Assembly: GCA_045613905.1 (NCBI GenBank)
Contig: JAZLBW010000045.1
Span: 137,647 to 201,646, forward strand
DNA from: Candidatus Caccoplasma sp.
GTDB taxonomy: Bacteria > Bacteroidota > Bacteroidia > Bacteroidales > G3-4614
DNA length: 64,000 nt
Reading direction: 5' to 3'
Position numbers and translations under genes: made by a program. Under the pieces are notes generated by a model. The model was not told the DNA's origin and did not search any database. It worked only from the letters and a program-made list of their open reading frames with translations. Shown here one piece after another: positions 47,775 through 56,859 of the stretch. The first letter of the stretch is position 1; each line of letters begins with the position of its first letter.

Positions 47775-48872
47775 CTATATCTCTTTTATTACTCCCTCTT
47801 CTACTCCAAAGAGTTTGAACTTTTTGTCGCTTTTGCGGACTATTGCATCCAAGTATTCTCGGTTGGTGTCAGTTACAAATATCTGCCCAAAGTCGGGTGT
47901 TGAAACCATATTCATAATTCGTTCAACTCGGTTCGAGTCAAGCTTGTCAAATATGTCGTCCAGTAGAAGGATTGGGTTTTTACCTCCCATTTTTTTGAGA
48001 TATTCGTATTGGGCAAAGCGTAGTGCAATTGCAAATGTTTTGGTTTGTCCTTGTGAGCCCACTCTTTTTATGTTGTGGTCGCCAAGTTTCATATCCAAAT
48101 CGTCTCGATGTATGCCTCGAGTGGTGTAGCCTAATATCTTGTCTTTTTCTCTGCTTTCGGCAAGTTGCTCCGATAGTGTTCCGTCGTTTAAGTGCGATGA
48201 GTATGAAAGTGTTACGCTCTCTCCTCCTCCACATATCTGTTGGTAAAAGTTGTTGAATACAACTACAAAGCTATCGATAAACTCTTTTCGGCATCTGTGT
48301 ATGTAGTTTGCAGAGTACTCCATTTGCCCCTCAATTACCTCGTATAGTGCAACTTCTCTGTCGCCACGACGTAGCATTACGTTTCGTGTTGTAAGTGCTT
48401 TGTTGTATGCTATTATCGCCGAAAGGTACTCTCTGTTGAATTGCGACAGTGTTTGGTCTATGAATTTTCGGCGTATGTCGCTACCCTCTTTTACCAGTTC
48501 GCTATCCTCGGGCGATACTATTACCAATGGTATGTATCCAATGTGGTCTGATAGTTTGTCGTACTCTTTCTTATCACGTTTAAAGCTCTTTTTTTGTCTG
48601 AGTTTTACTCCGCAGTTTATCTCTGACATGTCGCTGTTTTTGGAGTTCAAATAATTGCCTTTAATCATAAAAAACTCCTCTCCATGTTTTATGTTTTGTG
48701 AATCAGAGATATTGTAGAAACTTTTACAGAACGATAGATAGTATATTGCATCCAACAGGTTGGTTTTGCCCATACCGTTGTTGCCCAAGAAACAATTTAT
48801 GTTCTCCGAAAAGGTTATGTCGGCTTCGGTAATATTCTTAAAATTGAGTAACGAAATGGTTTCGAGAATCAT
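47775..48872 (-). CDS. recF: DNA replication and repair protein RecF
   Basis: Walker A GNNGMGKTNLLDA, signature GSQGQ, LLLDDIFDKLD. Confidence 0.95.
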   Translation of the reverse strand: MILETISLLNFKNITEADITFSENINCFLGNNGMGKTNLLDAIYYLSFCKSFYNISDSQNIKHGEEFFMIKGNYLNSKNSDMSEINCGVKLRQKKSFKRDKKEYDKLSDHIGYIPLVIVSPEDSELVKEGSDIRRKFIDQTLSQFNREYLSAIIAYNKALTTRNVMLRRGDREVALYEVIEGQMEYSANYIHRCRKEFIDSFVVVFNNFYQQICGGGESVTLSYSSHLNDGTLSEQLAESREKDKILGYTTRGIHRDDLDMKLGDHNIKRVGSQGQTKTFAIALRFAQYEYLKKMGGKNPILLLDDIFDKLDSNRVERIMNMVSTPDFGQIFVTDTNREYLDAIVRKSDKKFKLFGVEEGVIKEI

Positions 48873-48904
48873 AGTACGTATCTTCTATTCTTAATTTGAC
48901 ACTG

Positions 48905-48912
48905 CGAAGATA
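48905..48912 (-). promoter_or_regulatory. -7 box variant TATCTTCG for recF
   Basis: 33 nt upstream of the recF ATG. Confidence 0.4.
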
Positions 48913-48966
48913 CTAATTTAAATGTAAAATTTATTGATGAAATTTTATTTATATGGATAAATATTT

Positions 48967-48974
48967 TATTTTTG
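48967..48974 (+). promoter_or_regulatory. -7 box TATTTTTG for the TPR/YfgM-like gene
   Basis: Exact TAnnTTTG match about 98 nt upstream of the ATG at 49072. Confidence 0.4.
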
Positions 48975-49071
48975 CACTGAAATTTGTATAAGTGTGCATT
49001 GCCTTAAACATTCGGTAGATGTATTGCTTATACATAAATAGTTGAATATTAATTAAATACATTAAATACAA

Positions 49072-49758
49072 ATGGCTAATAAAGAACAAAAAATGGACGA
49101 GTTGGATAAAATGAACAACGTCCTTTCTTCAGGCGAACAATGGATTGAGAAAAATGGCAAAAAACTTACAGCTGCTGTTTTGGTTGTAATTTTGGCTGTT
49201 ATAGGTATCCTTTTGGTTAAACAATTTTATTTGGCTCCTTTGGAAGAAGAGGCTCAAAATGCAATGTTTAAAGGTGAATTCTATTTTGAACAAGATAATT
49301 TTGAGGTTGCTCTTAACGGAGACGAGGCTGATTTCATAGGTTTCAAAGCTGTTGCAGATGAGTATTCTGGAACTAAAGCAGGAAATCTTGCTAATGCTTA
49401 TGCAGGTATTTGTGCTTACAACCTTGGAAACAACGAGGAGGCTCTTGAGTATTTGGAGGCATACGATGGAAACGAACCTCTTTTGTATCCCAACATCATT
49501 GCTATGATTGGTAACTGCTATGCTAACATGGGCGATTACAACAAAGCTATGAAAAAATTTGTTGAGGCAGCTGAGGAGGCTTCAAATGCAGTAATTTCTC
49601 CCTTATTCCTTATCAAAGCTGCTACCATAGCTGAGAAAACTGAGGATTACGCTAAAGCAATTGAGCTTTACCAAGAGGTTAAAGATAAATACGAAAACTC
49701 AGTAATGGGTCAAGATATTGACAAATACATTGAGAGAGCTAAAGCTCAAGTTAAATAG
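49072..49758 (+). CDS. Membrane-anchored TPR protein (YfgM-like)
   Basis: One N-terminal TM helix (AAVLVVILAVIGILLV) followed by TPR-like helices. Confidence 0.6.
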   Translation: MANKEQKMDELDKMNNVLSSGEQWIEKNGKKLTAAVLVVILAVIGILLVKQFYLAPLEEEAQNAMFKGEFYFEQDNFEVALNGDEADFIGFKAVADEYSGTKAGNLANAYAGICAYNLGNNEEALEYLEAYDGNEPLLYPNIIAMIGNCYANMGDYNKAMKKFVEAAEEASNAVISPLFLIKAATIAEKTEDYAKAIELYQEVKDKYENSVMGQDIDKYIERAKAQVK

Positions 49759-49781
49759 TAAATTATAGACTATAACAATAT

Positions 49782-49820
49782 AAAGGGTATCGCATATTTT
49801 ATATGTTGGCACCCTTTTTT
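49782..49820 (+). terminator. Rho-independent terminator
   Basis: Stem AAGGGT/ACCCTT with an inner CATAT/ATATG pairing, followed by TTTTTT. Confidence 0.6.
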
Positions 49821-49834
49821 ATTTATATAAAATT

Positions 49835-50320
49835 ATGGCTACAACAAACTTATCGGCATATGACAAGAACTCTATGCCCGATGCATCAAAAATGAAGATT
49901 GCAATTATATGCTCGGAGTGGAACGAACAAGTTACAGGTGCGCTTTTGAAGGGTGCGTGTGATACTCTTGAGGTGAATGGAGTTAAGCCCGAATCAATTT
50001 ATGTGGAGTATGTTCCGGGAACTTTTGAATTGACATTTGGTGCTAAACGTGCTATGCAGTTCTATCGTCCCGATGCTGTGATAGTTTTAGGATGCGTTGT
50101 CCGTGGAGGGACTCCTCACTTTGAGTATGTTTGTGAGGGTGTGACTCAAGGTATAACTTCTCTTAACGAGGAGGGTTCAATACCTGTTATATTCGGAGTT
50201 TTGACAACCGACGATATGCAACAAGCTCTTGACCGTGCAGGTGGCGTGCTTGGTAACAAAGGTGATGAGGCTGCTGTTACTGCAATTAAGATGGCTGCTT
50301 TGAACGGTAAGTTAAAATAG
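49835..50320 (+). CDS. ribH: 6,7-dimethyl-8-ribityllumazine synthase
   Basis: [23 protein letters not shown]. Confidence 0.95.
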   Translation: MATTNLSAYDKNSMPDASKMKIAIICSEWNEQVTGALLKGACDTLEVNGVKPESIYVEYVPGTFELTFGAKRAMQFYRPDAVIVLGCVVRGGTPHFEYVCEGVTQGITSLNEEGSIPVIFGVLTTDDMQQALDRAGGVLGNKGDEAAVTAIKMAALNGKLK

Positions 50321-50387
50321 ACTTTTAAATAGGGGAGGGGTAATAATAATTTATCTCCTGTTTTTTTGTGTATTTGAGAGAAAACAG

Positions 50388-50395
50388 TAACTTTG
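50388..50395 (+). promoter_or_regulatory. -7 box TAACTTTG for the ferredoxin gene
   Basis: Exact TAnnTTTG match 37 nt upstream of the ATG. Confidence 0.5.
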
Positions 50396-50431
50396 CACAC
50401 ACATTAGTACTAATTTATAAACTTAAGAAAA

Positions 50432-50599
50432 ATGGCTTACGTTATTACAGAAGACTGCGTTGCATGTGGAACATGTGCAGGTGAGTGTCCGGTAGAGGCT
50501 ATCTCTGAGGGCGATATCTACGTAATTGATGCTGATAAATGTTTGAGCTGTGGTACTTGCGCTGATGCTTGTCCTACAGGTGCAATCGTTGAGGCTTAA
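50432..50599 (+). CDS. 2x[4Fe-4S] ferredoxin (55 aa), absent from the ORF track
   Basis: My translation is MAYVITEDCVACGTCAGECPVEAISEGDIYVIDADKCLSCGTCADACPTGAIVEA. It has two CxxCxxCxxxCP motifs. Confidence 0.88.
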   Translation: MAYVITEDCVACGTCAGECPVEAISEGDIYVIDADKCLSCGTCADACPTGAIVEA

Positions 50600-50620
50600 T
50601 CGTAGTCTTAAGATGATTAA

Positions 50621-50656
50621 AGGCTGTCTGATTCTTTCGGGCAGCCTATCTTTTTT
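50621..50656 (+). terminator. Rho-independent terminator after the ferredoxin gene
   Basis: 8-bp stem AGGCTGTC/GGCAGCCT (one G-U pair) followed by ATCTTTTTT. Confidence 0.6.
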
Positions 50657-50691
50657 AATATAAAGTTGTTTTAAACTAAAGATAGATTGCT

Positions 50692-50871
50692 ATGCAGACC
50701 ATTCCTTCAGACCCTATGATATTGTTTAGTTTTATAAACATGAAGTTGCGCGATGAGTTCTCTTCGCTTGACGAATTGTGCGCCACTCTTGGCATTGAGC
50801 GTGAGTGGTTAGAGGATAAACTTTCGTCAGTAGGTTTTGAGTATAGCCCTGATAACAATAAATTCTGGTAA
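50692..50871 (+). CDS. DUF4250-like small protein (59 aa), absent from the ORF track
   Basis: My translation is MQTIPSDPMILFSFINMKLRDEFSSLDELCATLGIEREWLEDKLSSVGFEYSPDNNKFW. It matches my recollection of the DUF4250 pattern (NMKLRD...L..LC). The track's 60-aa minus-strand ORF here is its antisense shadow. Confidence 0.65.
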   Translation: MQTIPSDPMILFSFINMKLRDEFSSLDELCATLGIEREWLEDKLSSVGFEYSPDNNKFW

Positions 50872-50947
50872 AATTTTCACTTCCCTCTGAACTTTTTATT
50901 ACTCTTGTTTGTTATACCATTAAATAAGACTTTTTAAACAGGGCGTA

Positions 50948-52246
50948 ATGGGGGAGGAGCTATCGTTTTTTCACACTTTTGTATCTTATCTTAAGGCTCT
51001 TTTTGAGAAGATTGGTATCTCTGCCAATGTTACCGAGCGTGTTGAGTGCTGGGTGTTTGTTCTCATTTTATTGGTTCTCTCTATTCTTCTCTCTTGGATT
51101 CTTCATATAGTAATTCTTTACGTTTTCCCTCGTATATTTAAACAACTGAAGGGTCGGGTAATAAGGCTTTTGATTAAGCACGAAACGTTTTCAAAGTTAC
51201 TCTATGTTTTTCCTCCTGTTTTTATGCTTCCGTTTTTGCCATTGGCTTATAACGACTATCCTAAATTTATATCTATTACAGAGCGAATTTGCTGGATATA
51301 TCTTATCGTCTCATCGGCTCTATATTTGAACTATCTGTTGGGGGTTATCTGGCATATCATAAACGAGGGAGAGCGAAACAGAAATATCCCTTTGCATGGA
51401 CTTTTACAGTTAATTAAGGGAGTTGTTGTTATATTGGCGTTGATTGTTGTTGTCTCTATTGTAATTGACAAATCGCCAATGAATCTTATTACGGGATTGG
51501 GGGCTTTTGCCGCTGTTCTGATGTTGGTTTTCAAGGATACCATATTGGGCTTGGTGGCAGGAGTGCAACTGATGCAAAACGATGTTGTTCGTAAGGGAGA
51601 TTGGATTACAACGTCCGATGAAAAGGTAAATGGAATTGTTGAAGATATTACTCTTAATACTGTAAAAGTTCGTAATTATGACAATACAATTCTTACCATT
51701 CCGCCTTATCTTTTGATATCCTCAACTTTGCAAAATTGGAGGTCTATGCAGGAGAGTGGAGGAAGACGAATATTGGTGACTTTTGTTATTGAGGTTGGTA
51801 GTATCATAACCCTATCCGATGAGCAGCTGAAAGGGTGGGAGAGAGTAGAGCTACTCTCTGATTTTATTGCTAAAAAAAGAGCAGACAGGGTAGAGAGCAG
51901 TAAGATTAGTATTGGTGCTAAAGATGCAGTCTATGGCTCTATTGATACAAATCTGGGACTCTTTAGGGCATACTCGCAGCTCTATATAAACTCTCTTTCC
52001 ACAGTAAATAAATCGATGCTCTCAATGGTGCGTCTTTTAGATCCTTGCGAGAATGGAATTCCTATCCAAACTTATTGCTTCTCTCTTGTTACCGATTGGA
52101 AGGGTTATGAGGCTGTTCGTAGCGGGATAACGGAGCATCTTTTCTCTGCGTCGAAGATGTTTGGATTGCGCGTTTTTCAGAATGCTTCAGGCTATCACTA
52201 TCTTTCGGAGGCATACATTACCGTAGGTAAAAATATACCCGGGTAG
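50948..52246 (+). CDS. Mechanosensitive ion channel (MscS family) protein
   Basis: Several N-terminal TM helices, then the MscS beta-domain region KGDWITTSDEKVNGIVEDITLNTVKVRNYDNTILTIP. Confidence 0.85.
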   Translation: MGEELSFFHTFVSYLKALFEKIGISANVTERVECWVFVLILLVLSILLSWILHIVILYVFPRIFKQLKGRVIRLLIKHETFSKLLYVFPPVFMLPFLPLAYNDYPKFISITERICWIYLIVSSALYLNYLLGVIWHIINEGERNRNIPLHGLLQLIKGVVVILALIVVVSIVIDKSPMNLITGLGAFAAVLMLVFKDTILGLVAGVQLMQNDVVRKGDWITTSDEKVNGIVEDITLNTVKVRNYDNTILTIPPYLLISSTLQNWRSMQESGGRRILVTFVIEVGSIITLSDEQLKGWERVELLSDFIAKKRADRVESSKISIGAKDAVYGSIDTNLGLFRAYSQLYINSLSTVNKSMLSMVRLLDPCENGIPIQTYCFSLVTDWKGYEAVRSGITEHLFSASKMFGLRVFQNASGYHYLSEAYITVGKNIPG

Positions 52247-52303
52247 AGGAGGGTATTTTTCTGCTTTTTTTGTACTTTTACAAAGACAAAAAATAGATTG
52301 ATT

Positions 52304-53911
52304 ATGTTGGAATTTGCACCTGTTAAAATTGAAGATAGAGAGTTGTTCGAGCAATATTCTTATGCGATGGGAGAGGGTAGTTGCGATATGGCATTTGCCA
52401 ATATCTTTTGCTGGTCTCATCTGCATAACCCCGAAATAGCGAAGTGGGCTGACTTTATATTTATCCGTTTTGGCGGTGTGGATGGTAAACAGCATACCTA
52501 TATGGAGCCTATCGGAGAGGGGGATGTCATTGCTGCTTTTAAAACTCTTGTGGAGTATGTTTATGCAAATAACGAACCTTTTAAAATGGCAGGAGTTTCG
52601 GCTAATTTTGCTGAGAAATTACGCACCTCTATTCCCTTTTGCGGATATTATCTATATCCTAAACGCAGTCAGTTTGACTATATCTACAATGCCGACCAAT
52701 TAAGAACCTTGGCAGGTAAGAAACTGCAACCAAAACGAAATCATGTCAATACATTCAAAAAACTATATAATTTCACCACAGAGCCACTTTCTTCTGCTCA
52801 TAAGACAGAAGTACTCAAACTTGTGGAAGAGTGGCGAGAAGGCAAAGAAAATGCCGATTTGGAAGCGTATGAGTGCGAAAGACGTGCAATAGAGTGCGGA
52901 ATGGACAATTTTGAGGCTTTGGGATTACAGGGCTTAGCTCTATATGTTGATGGTGATTTGGCTGCTTTTACATATGGCTCGGCAATAAACAGCAACACTT
53001 TTTGCATTCACATAGAGAAGGGCAGTGTGCGCTACGAAAGAAGTTTTGCGATGATAAACAACCTTTTTGCAAATGATTTGTCGGAGCAGTATTGCTATAT
53101 AAATCGCGAAGAGGATTTGGGCATTCAAGGTTTGCGTGATGCCAAATTATCATATCAGCCCATTATGTTATATCCAAAATTCAGTCTTATAGAGATACTT
53201 GGCAATGAGGAGAAGGTTGAGGAGATAAAACGCTCTACCGAGGCTGTTGAAATTGCCATGTTGTGGCGTGAGTCATTTGACGATGATGAGGAGACAATTG
53301 AGCAGTATATAACCAAAATACGACCATTGGGTAAGAGCTATATTTTACGCGACAGGGATGCCATTATTGCTACTGCCGATATGTTTAATTTTGTCGGAGG
53401 ATGTGGAAAATGTTCATATATCTATGGCGTTGCAACAAAGGTAGATTACAGGGGTAGAGGTTATGGTAAGGCATTGATGAAGGATATTTTCGAGTGCCTT
53501 TATCGAAATGGTGCAAACCTGTGTATGTTGATTCCCGGCAGCCCATCTGTTGCTGAGTGGTACATGAGTCAAGGATTCTCAAAGGTTTCTGCTTCTCCCA
53601 TCTCTCTATTGAATGATTATGAGTATGATTTTGGTCGTGGTGAAGATGAATTAAATACTCCTCAATACAGAATTATCAATGCCGAGGAGTATCTTAAGGA
53701 GTATGCTAAACTGAACCCTGATGCAACCTTCTGTGTAACAGTTAAAGACTCTGTTTTGCTTCCCAACAATGCCTCGTTCAGAGTGGAGGAGGGGCGTGTA
53801 AAAAAGGTTGCCGACAGTGAGTGTGACAACCTTATGAATATATCCGATTTATTTGATGCTTATCCTATTAAAGAAGAGAGCTATTTTATGGTTAGGATTG
53901 CTTATTTTTAA
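52304..53911 (+). CDS. DUF2156 (LPG-synthase-C-like) domain fused to a GNAT acetyltransferase domain
   Basis: N-terminal half: CDMAFANIFCW...DYIYNADQLRTLAGKKLQPKRNHVNTF, the DUF2156 pattern. C-terminal half: GVATKVDYRGRGYGKALM, the GNAT motif A. ATG at 52304 is preferred over the TTG at 52298. Confidence 0.65.
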   Translation: MLEFAPVKIEDRELFEQYSYAMGEGSCDMAFANIFCWSHLHNPEIAKWADFIFIRFGGVDGKQHTYMEPIGEGDVIAAFKTLVEYVYANNEPFKMAGVSANFAEKLRTSIPFCGYYLYPKRSQFDYIYNADQLRTLAGKKLQPKRNHVNTFKKLYNFTTEPLSSAHKTEVLKLVEEWREGKENADLEAYECERRAIECGMDNFEALGLQGLALYVDGDLAAFTYGSAINSNTFCIHIEKGSVRYERSFAMINNLFANDLSEQYCYINREEDLGIQGLRDAKLSYQPIMLYPKFSLIEILGNEEKVEEIKRSTEAVEIAMLWRESFDDDEETIEQYITKIRPLGKSYILRDRDAIIATADMFNFVGGCGKCSYIYGVATKVDYRGRGYGKALMKDIFECLYRNGANLCMLIPGSPSVAEWYMSQGFSKVSASPISLLNDYEYDFGRGEDELNTPQYRIINAEEYLKEYAKLNPDATFCVTVKDSVLLPNNASFRVEEGRVKKVADSECDNLMNISDLFDAYPIKEESYFMVRIAYF

Positions 53912-53938
53912 TTAGGAATTAGAAATTAGGAATTAGAA
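53911..53938. repeat. Heptamer microsatellite (ATTAGRA)x4, equivalent to two 14-nt units ATTAGGAATTAGAA
   Basis: Read directly. Begins at the last base of the upstream stop codon. Confidence 0.85.
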
Positions 53939-53950
53939 ATATCTAATTAT

Positions 53951-53978
53951 CTAACAACTAACAACTAACAACTAACAA
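53951..53978. repeat. Heptamer microsatellite (CTAACAA)x4
   Basis: Read directly. Ends 2 nt before the polA stop codon. Confidence 0.85.
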
Positions 53979-53980
53979 CT

Positions 53981-56767
53981 CTAATGCGCTTCCAGCCAGT
54001 TTTTACCGCTTCCTGTATCGGCAATTAGGGGTACGCTCATTTTGTATGCTGCCGACATCTCTTCGGTAACAACTTGTTTCAATTGCTCAAGTTCGTTTTC
54101 AGGCACGCTGAAGTTCAGCTCGTCATGCACCTGAATAATCATTTTAGCACGCATGTTTTCGCTTTTTATACGATTTGCCACTCGTACCATTGCAATCTTT
54201 ATAATGTCGGCTGCACTGCCCTGTATTGGGGCGTTTATGGCATTTCGTTCTGCATATCCGCGTACTATGCTGTTGTTTGAGTTTATATCGGGTAGAACAC
54301 GTCTGCGCCCTGTTATGGTCTCGACATAGCCCTTCTCTCTTGCAACCTCAATGCTCTTCTCCATATACTCCTTCACTGATGGGAACGACTCGAAATAGCC
54401 GTCGATAAGCCCTTTCGCTTCGGTTCTGGAAATGTTTAGCCTCTCAGCCAATCCGAATGCCGAGATACCGTATATAATGCCGAAATTGGCTGTTTTTGCC
54501 TTTCTGCGCATGTCGCTTGTAACCTCGTTGAGGGGTACTTTGAATATCTTGGCTGCTGTTGCTGCGTGAATATCTTCGCCCGAGAGGAATGCATTTACCA
54601 TATTCTCATCCTTGCTCAAATGAGCCATTATGCGTAGCTCTATTTGAGAGTAGTCGGCAGAGAAGAATATCTCTCCGTCGTTGGGAATAAAGGCTCTTCG
54701 TATCTCCTTGCCGTTGTCATCTCTGATTGGTATGTTTTGCAAGTTGGGATTGCTCGAACTCAATCGACCTGTTGCTGTAACGGTTTGGTTAAACGATGTG
54801 TGTATTTTGCCTGTACGGCTGTTTATAAGCTCAGGCAGTGCATTTATATATGTACTCAACAACTTTTTCAGTCCTCGGTATTCAAGGATGAGAGAGACTA
54901 TTGGGTGACGGTTTATTAGCTTTGTAAGCACCTCCTCGGATGTTGAGTATCCTCCCTGTTTTGAGGGTTTTGCCTTGGGGTCGATTTTTAGTTTTATAAA
55001 GAGTATCTCTCCTACCTGACGGGGCGAGTTGACATTAAATGTCTCTCCTGCCAATTCAAAAATACGAGTCTCAATTTCGCATGCCTTCAGTGTCATTATC
55101 TTTGAACTTTCGGCAAGTGTTGCTGTGTCAATTTTAACTCCTTCAGCCTCCATTTGCGCTAATACCTTTACCAAAGGCATCTCTATTTCGTAGAATAGTT
55201 TCTCCAACCCCTCCTCTTTAAGTTTTATCTCAAAGAGGTTTTTAAGGCGAAGGGTGACGTCTGCATCCTCGGCTGCATATTCGCATATCTCGGCAAGGGG
55301 AACATCTCTCATTGAACGTTGGTTCTTTCCTTTGGCTCCAATCAGAGTGTCTATGCTTATTGTTTTATGCCCTAAATATATTTCTGCCAAATAGTCCATG
55401 TTGTGATGCCCGTCGGGTTGCAATAGATAGTGGGCAACCATGGTGTCAAAAAATTCGCCCTTGAGTTCAACTCCGTAGTTTTGCATCACTATGAAGTCGT
55501 ACTTTATATTTTGTCCTATTTTTTGCGATTTCTCATTTTCGAGTGCAACTCTGAAATGTTCCACAATTTTTTGCGCCTCCTCTTCATCTTCGGGTACGGG
55601 GACGTAAAATGCCTCGTCTTCCTTCAAAGCAAACGACATTCCTACCAATTTTGCGTTTATTGGTTCAATCGAGGTGGTTTCTGTGTCAAATGAAAAATTT
55701 TTAGCGCACTCTAATTTTGAAGCTAAATCTCTTATTTTATCCTCTGTATCAATGAGATAGTATGTGTGGTGGCGATTATTTGAGCCCTCTACGTTTGCGT
55801 ATTCTTCGGCTTCTGCCCCGTCGGTCGCAAATAAATCAAAGAGCGAGGGTTGAGAAACAACCTTTTTTACCTCTTTTTTCTTTTCGGGTTGAACAGTCGG
55901 AGTTTTGCCTAAAATTTTTTCTGCCAGGTTTCGGAACTCCAACTCAGCGAAAATTTTTTCCAATTTATCGCAGTCGGGTTTTTCATGTTTCAATCCCTCT
56001 TCGTCAAACTCTATTGGAACATCAATTTTTATTGTTGCCAAGAATTTTGAGAATTTAATTTTATCGACGTTCTCCTCAATTTTTGTTTTTAGGGCACCTT
56101 TAAGTTTGTCGGTCGAATCGAGAAGATTTTCTATCGAGCCAAATTCGTTGATTAGTTTTATCGCAGTCTTCTCTCCAACTCCAGGACAACCGGGAATGTT
56201 GTCGGCACTATCTCCCATCAATCCCAACATGTCTATTATCATCAATGGCGATGAGATGCCGTATCTCTCTTTTACCTCCTCAACTCCATATATGTCAAAT
56301 CCTCCTCCATGACGAGGTTTGTATTGGAAGATATGGTCGCTTACGAGCTGACCAAAGTCTTTGTCGGGAGTCATCATGTAGGTCTCAAATCCTCTCTTCT
56401 CGGCAAGTTTTGCTGTTGTTCCGATAACATCGTCAGCCTCGTAACCGCTTACTTCGAGAATTGGGATATTATAGGCTCTTATTATATCTTTTATAATGGG
56501 TACTGCAGCGCGTATTGCTTCGGGAGTCTCCTCGCGTTGCGCTTTGTACTGTTCGAACATCTCATGACGGAATGTTGGCCCTTGAGGATCGAATGCCACT
56601 GCTATGTGTGTGGGTTGTTCTTTGTTCAATACCTCTTCAAGAGTGGTTACAAATCCATATATTGCAGAGGTGTTTAGCCCTTTTGAGTTTATGCGCGGAT
56701 TCTTGATAAATGCGTAGTATGCTCTGTATATAAGTGCGTATGCATCTAATAAAAATAATCTCTTCAT
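53981..56767 (-). CDS. polA: DNA polymerase I
   Basis: 5'-nuclease N-terminus (LLDAYALIYRAYYA), 3'-5' exonuclease domain, and pol motifs DYSQIELR and QVHDEL. Confidence 0.95.
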   Translation of the reverse strand: MKRLFLLDAYALIYRAYYAFIKNPRINSKGLNTSAIYGFVTTLEEVLNKEQPTHIAVAFDPQGPTFRHEMFEQYKAQREETPEAIRAAVPIIKDIIRAYNIPILEVSGYEADDVIGTTAKLAEKRGFETYMMTPDKDFGQLVSDHIFQYKPRHGGGFDIYGVEEVKERYGISSPLMIIDMLGLMGDSADNIPGCPGVGEKTAIKLINEFGSIENLLDSTDKLKGALKTKIEENVDKIKFSKFLATIKIDVPIEFDEEGLKHEKPDCDKLEKIFAELEFRNLAEKILGKTPTVQPEKKKEVKKVVSQPSLFDLFATDGAEAEEYANVEGSNNRHHTYYLIDTEDKIRDLASKLECAKNFSFDTETTSIEPINAKLVGMSFALKEDEAFYVPVPEDEEEAQKIVEHFRVALENEKSQKIGQNIKYDFIVMQNYGVELKGEFFDTMVAHYLLQPDGHHNMDYLAEIYLGHKTISIDTLIGAKGKNQRSMRDVPLAEICEYAAEDADVTLRLKNLFEIKLKEEGLEKLFYEIEMPLVKVLAQMEAEGVKIDTATLAESSKIMTLKACEIETRIFELAGETFNVNSPRQVGEILFIKLKIDPKAKPSKQGGYSTSEEVLTKLINRHPIVSLILEYRGLKKLLSTYINALPELINSRTGKIHTSFNQTVTATGRLSSSNPNLQNIPIRDDNGKEIRRAFIPNDGEIFFSADYSQIELRIMAHLSKDENMVNAFLSGEDIHAATAAKIFKVPLNEVTSDMRRKAKTANFGIIYGISAFGLAERLNISRTEAKGLIDGYFESFPSVKEYMEKSIEVAREKGYVETITGRRRVLPDINSNNSIVRGYAERNAINAPIQGSAADIIKIAMVRVANRIKSENMRAKMIIQVHDELNFSVPENELEQLKQVVTEEMSAAYKMSVPLIADTGSGKNWLEAH

Positions 56768-56832
56768 AGTTTATTGATAAAATAATTGCGTAAATTTAAT
56801 ATAAAGATAGCGATTTTCTGTTCTATTATTAC

Positions 56833-56840
56833 TATTTTTG
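56833..56840 (+). promoter_or_regulatory. -7 box TATTTTTG for the polyprenyl synthase gene
   Basis: Exact TAnnTTTG match 20 nt upstream of the ATG. Confidence 0.5.
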
Positions 56841-56859
56841 CACTCAATATTATAAGGCA

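Noticed and set aside
49759-49834. An FMN riboswitch upstream of ribH, and similarly a cofactor riboswitch upstream of nadA.
   Set aside because: The 76-nt ribH gap is mostly a terminator hairpin for the preceding gene and is too short for the FMN aptamer. I saw no conserved aptamer core sequences in either region.
53911-53978. The tandem repeats as a CRISPR array.
   Set aside because: The units are 7 nt with no spacers, the total length is under 70 nt, and there are no cas genes in the window.
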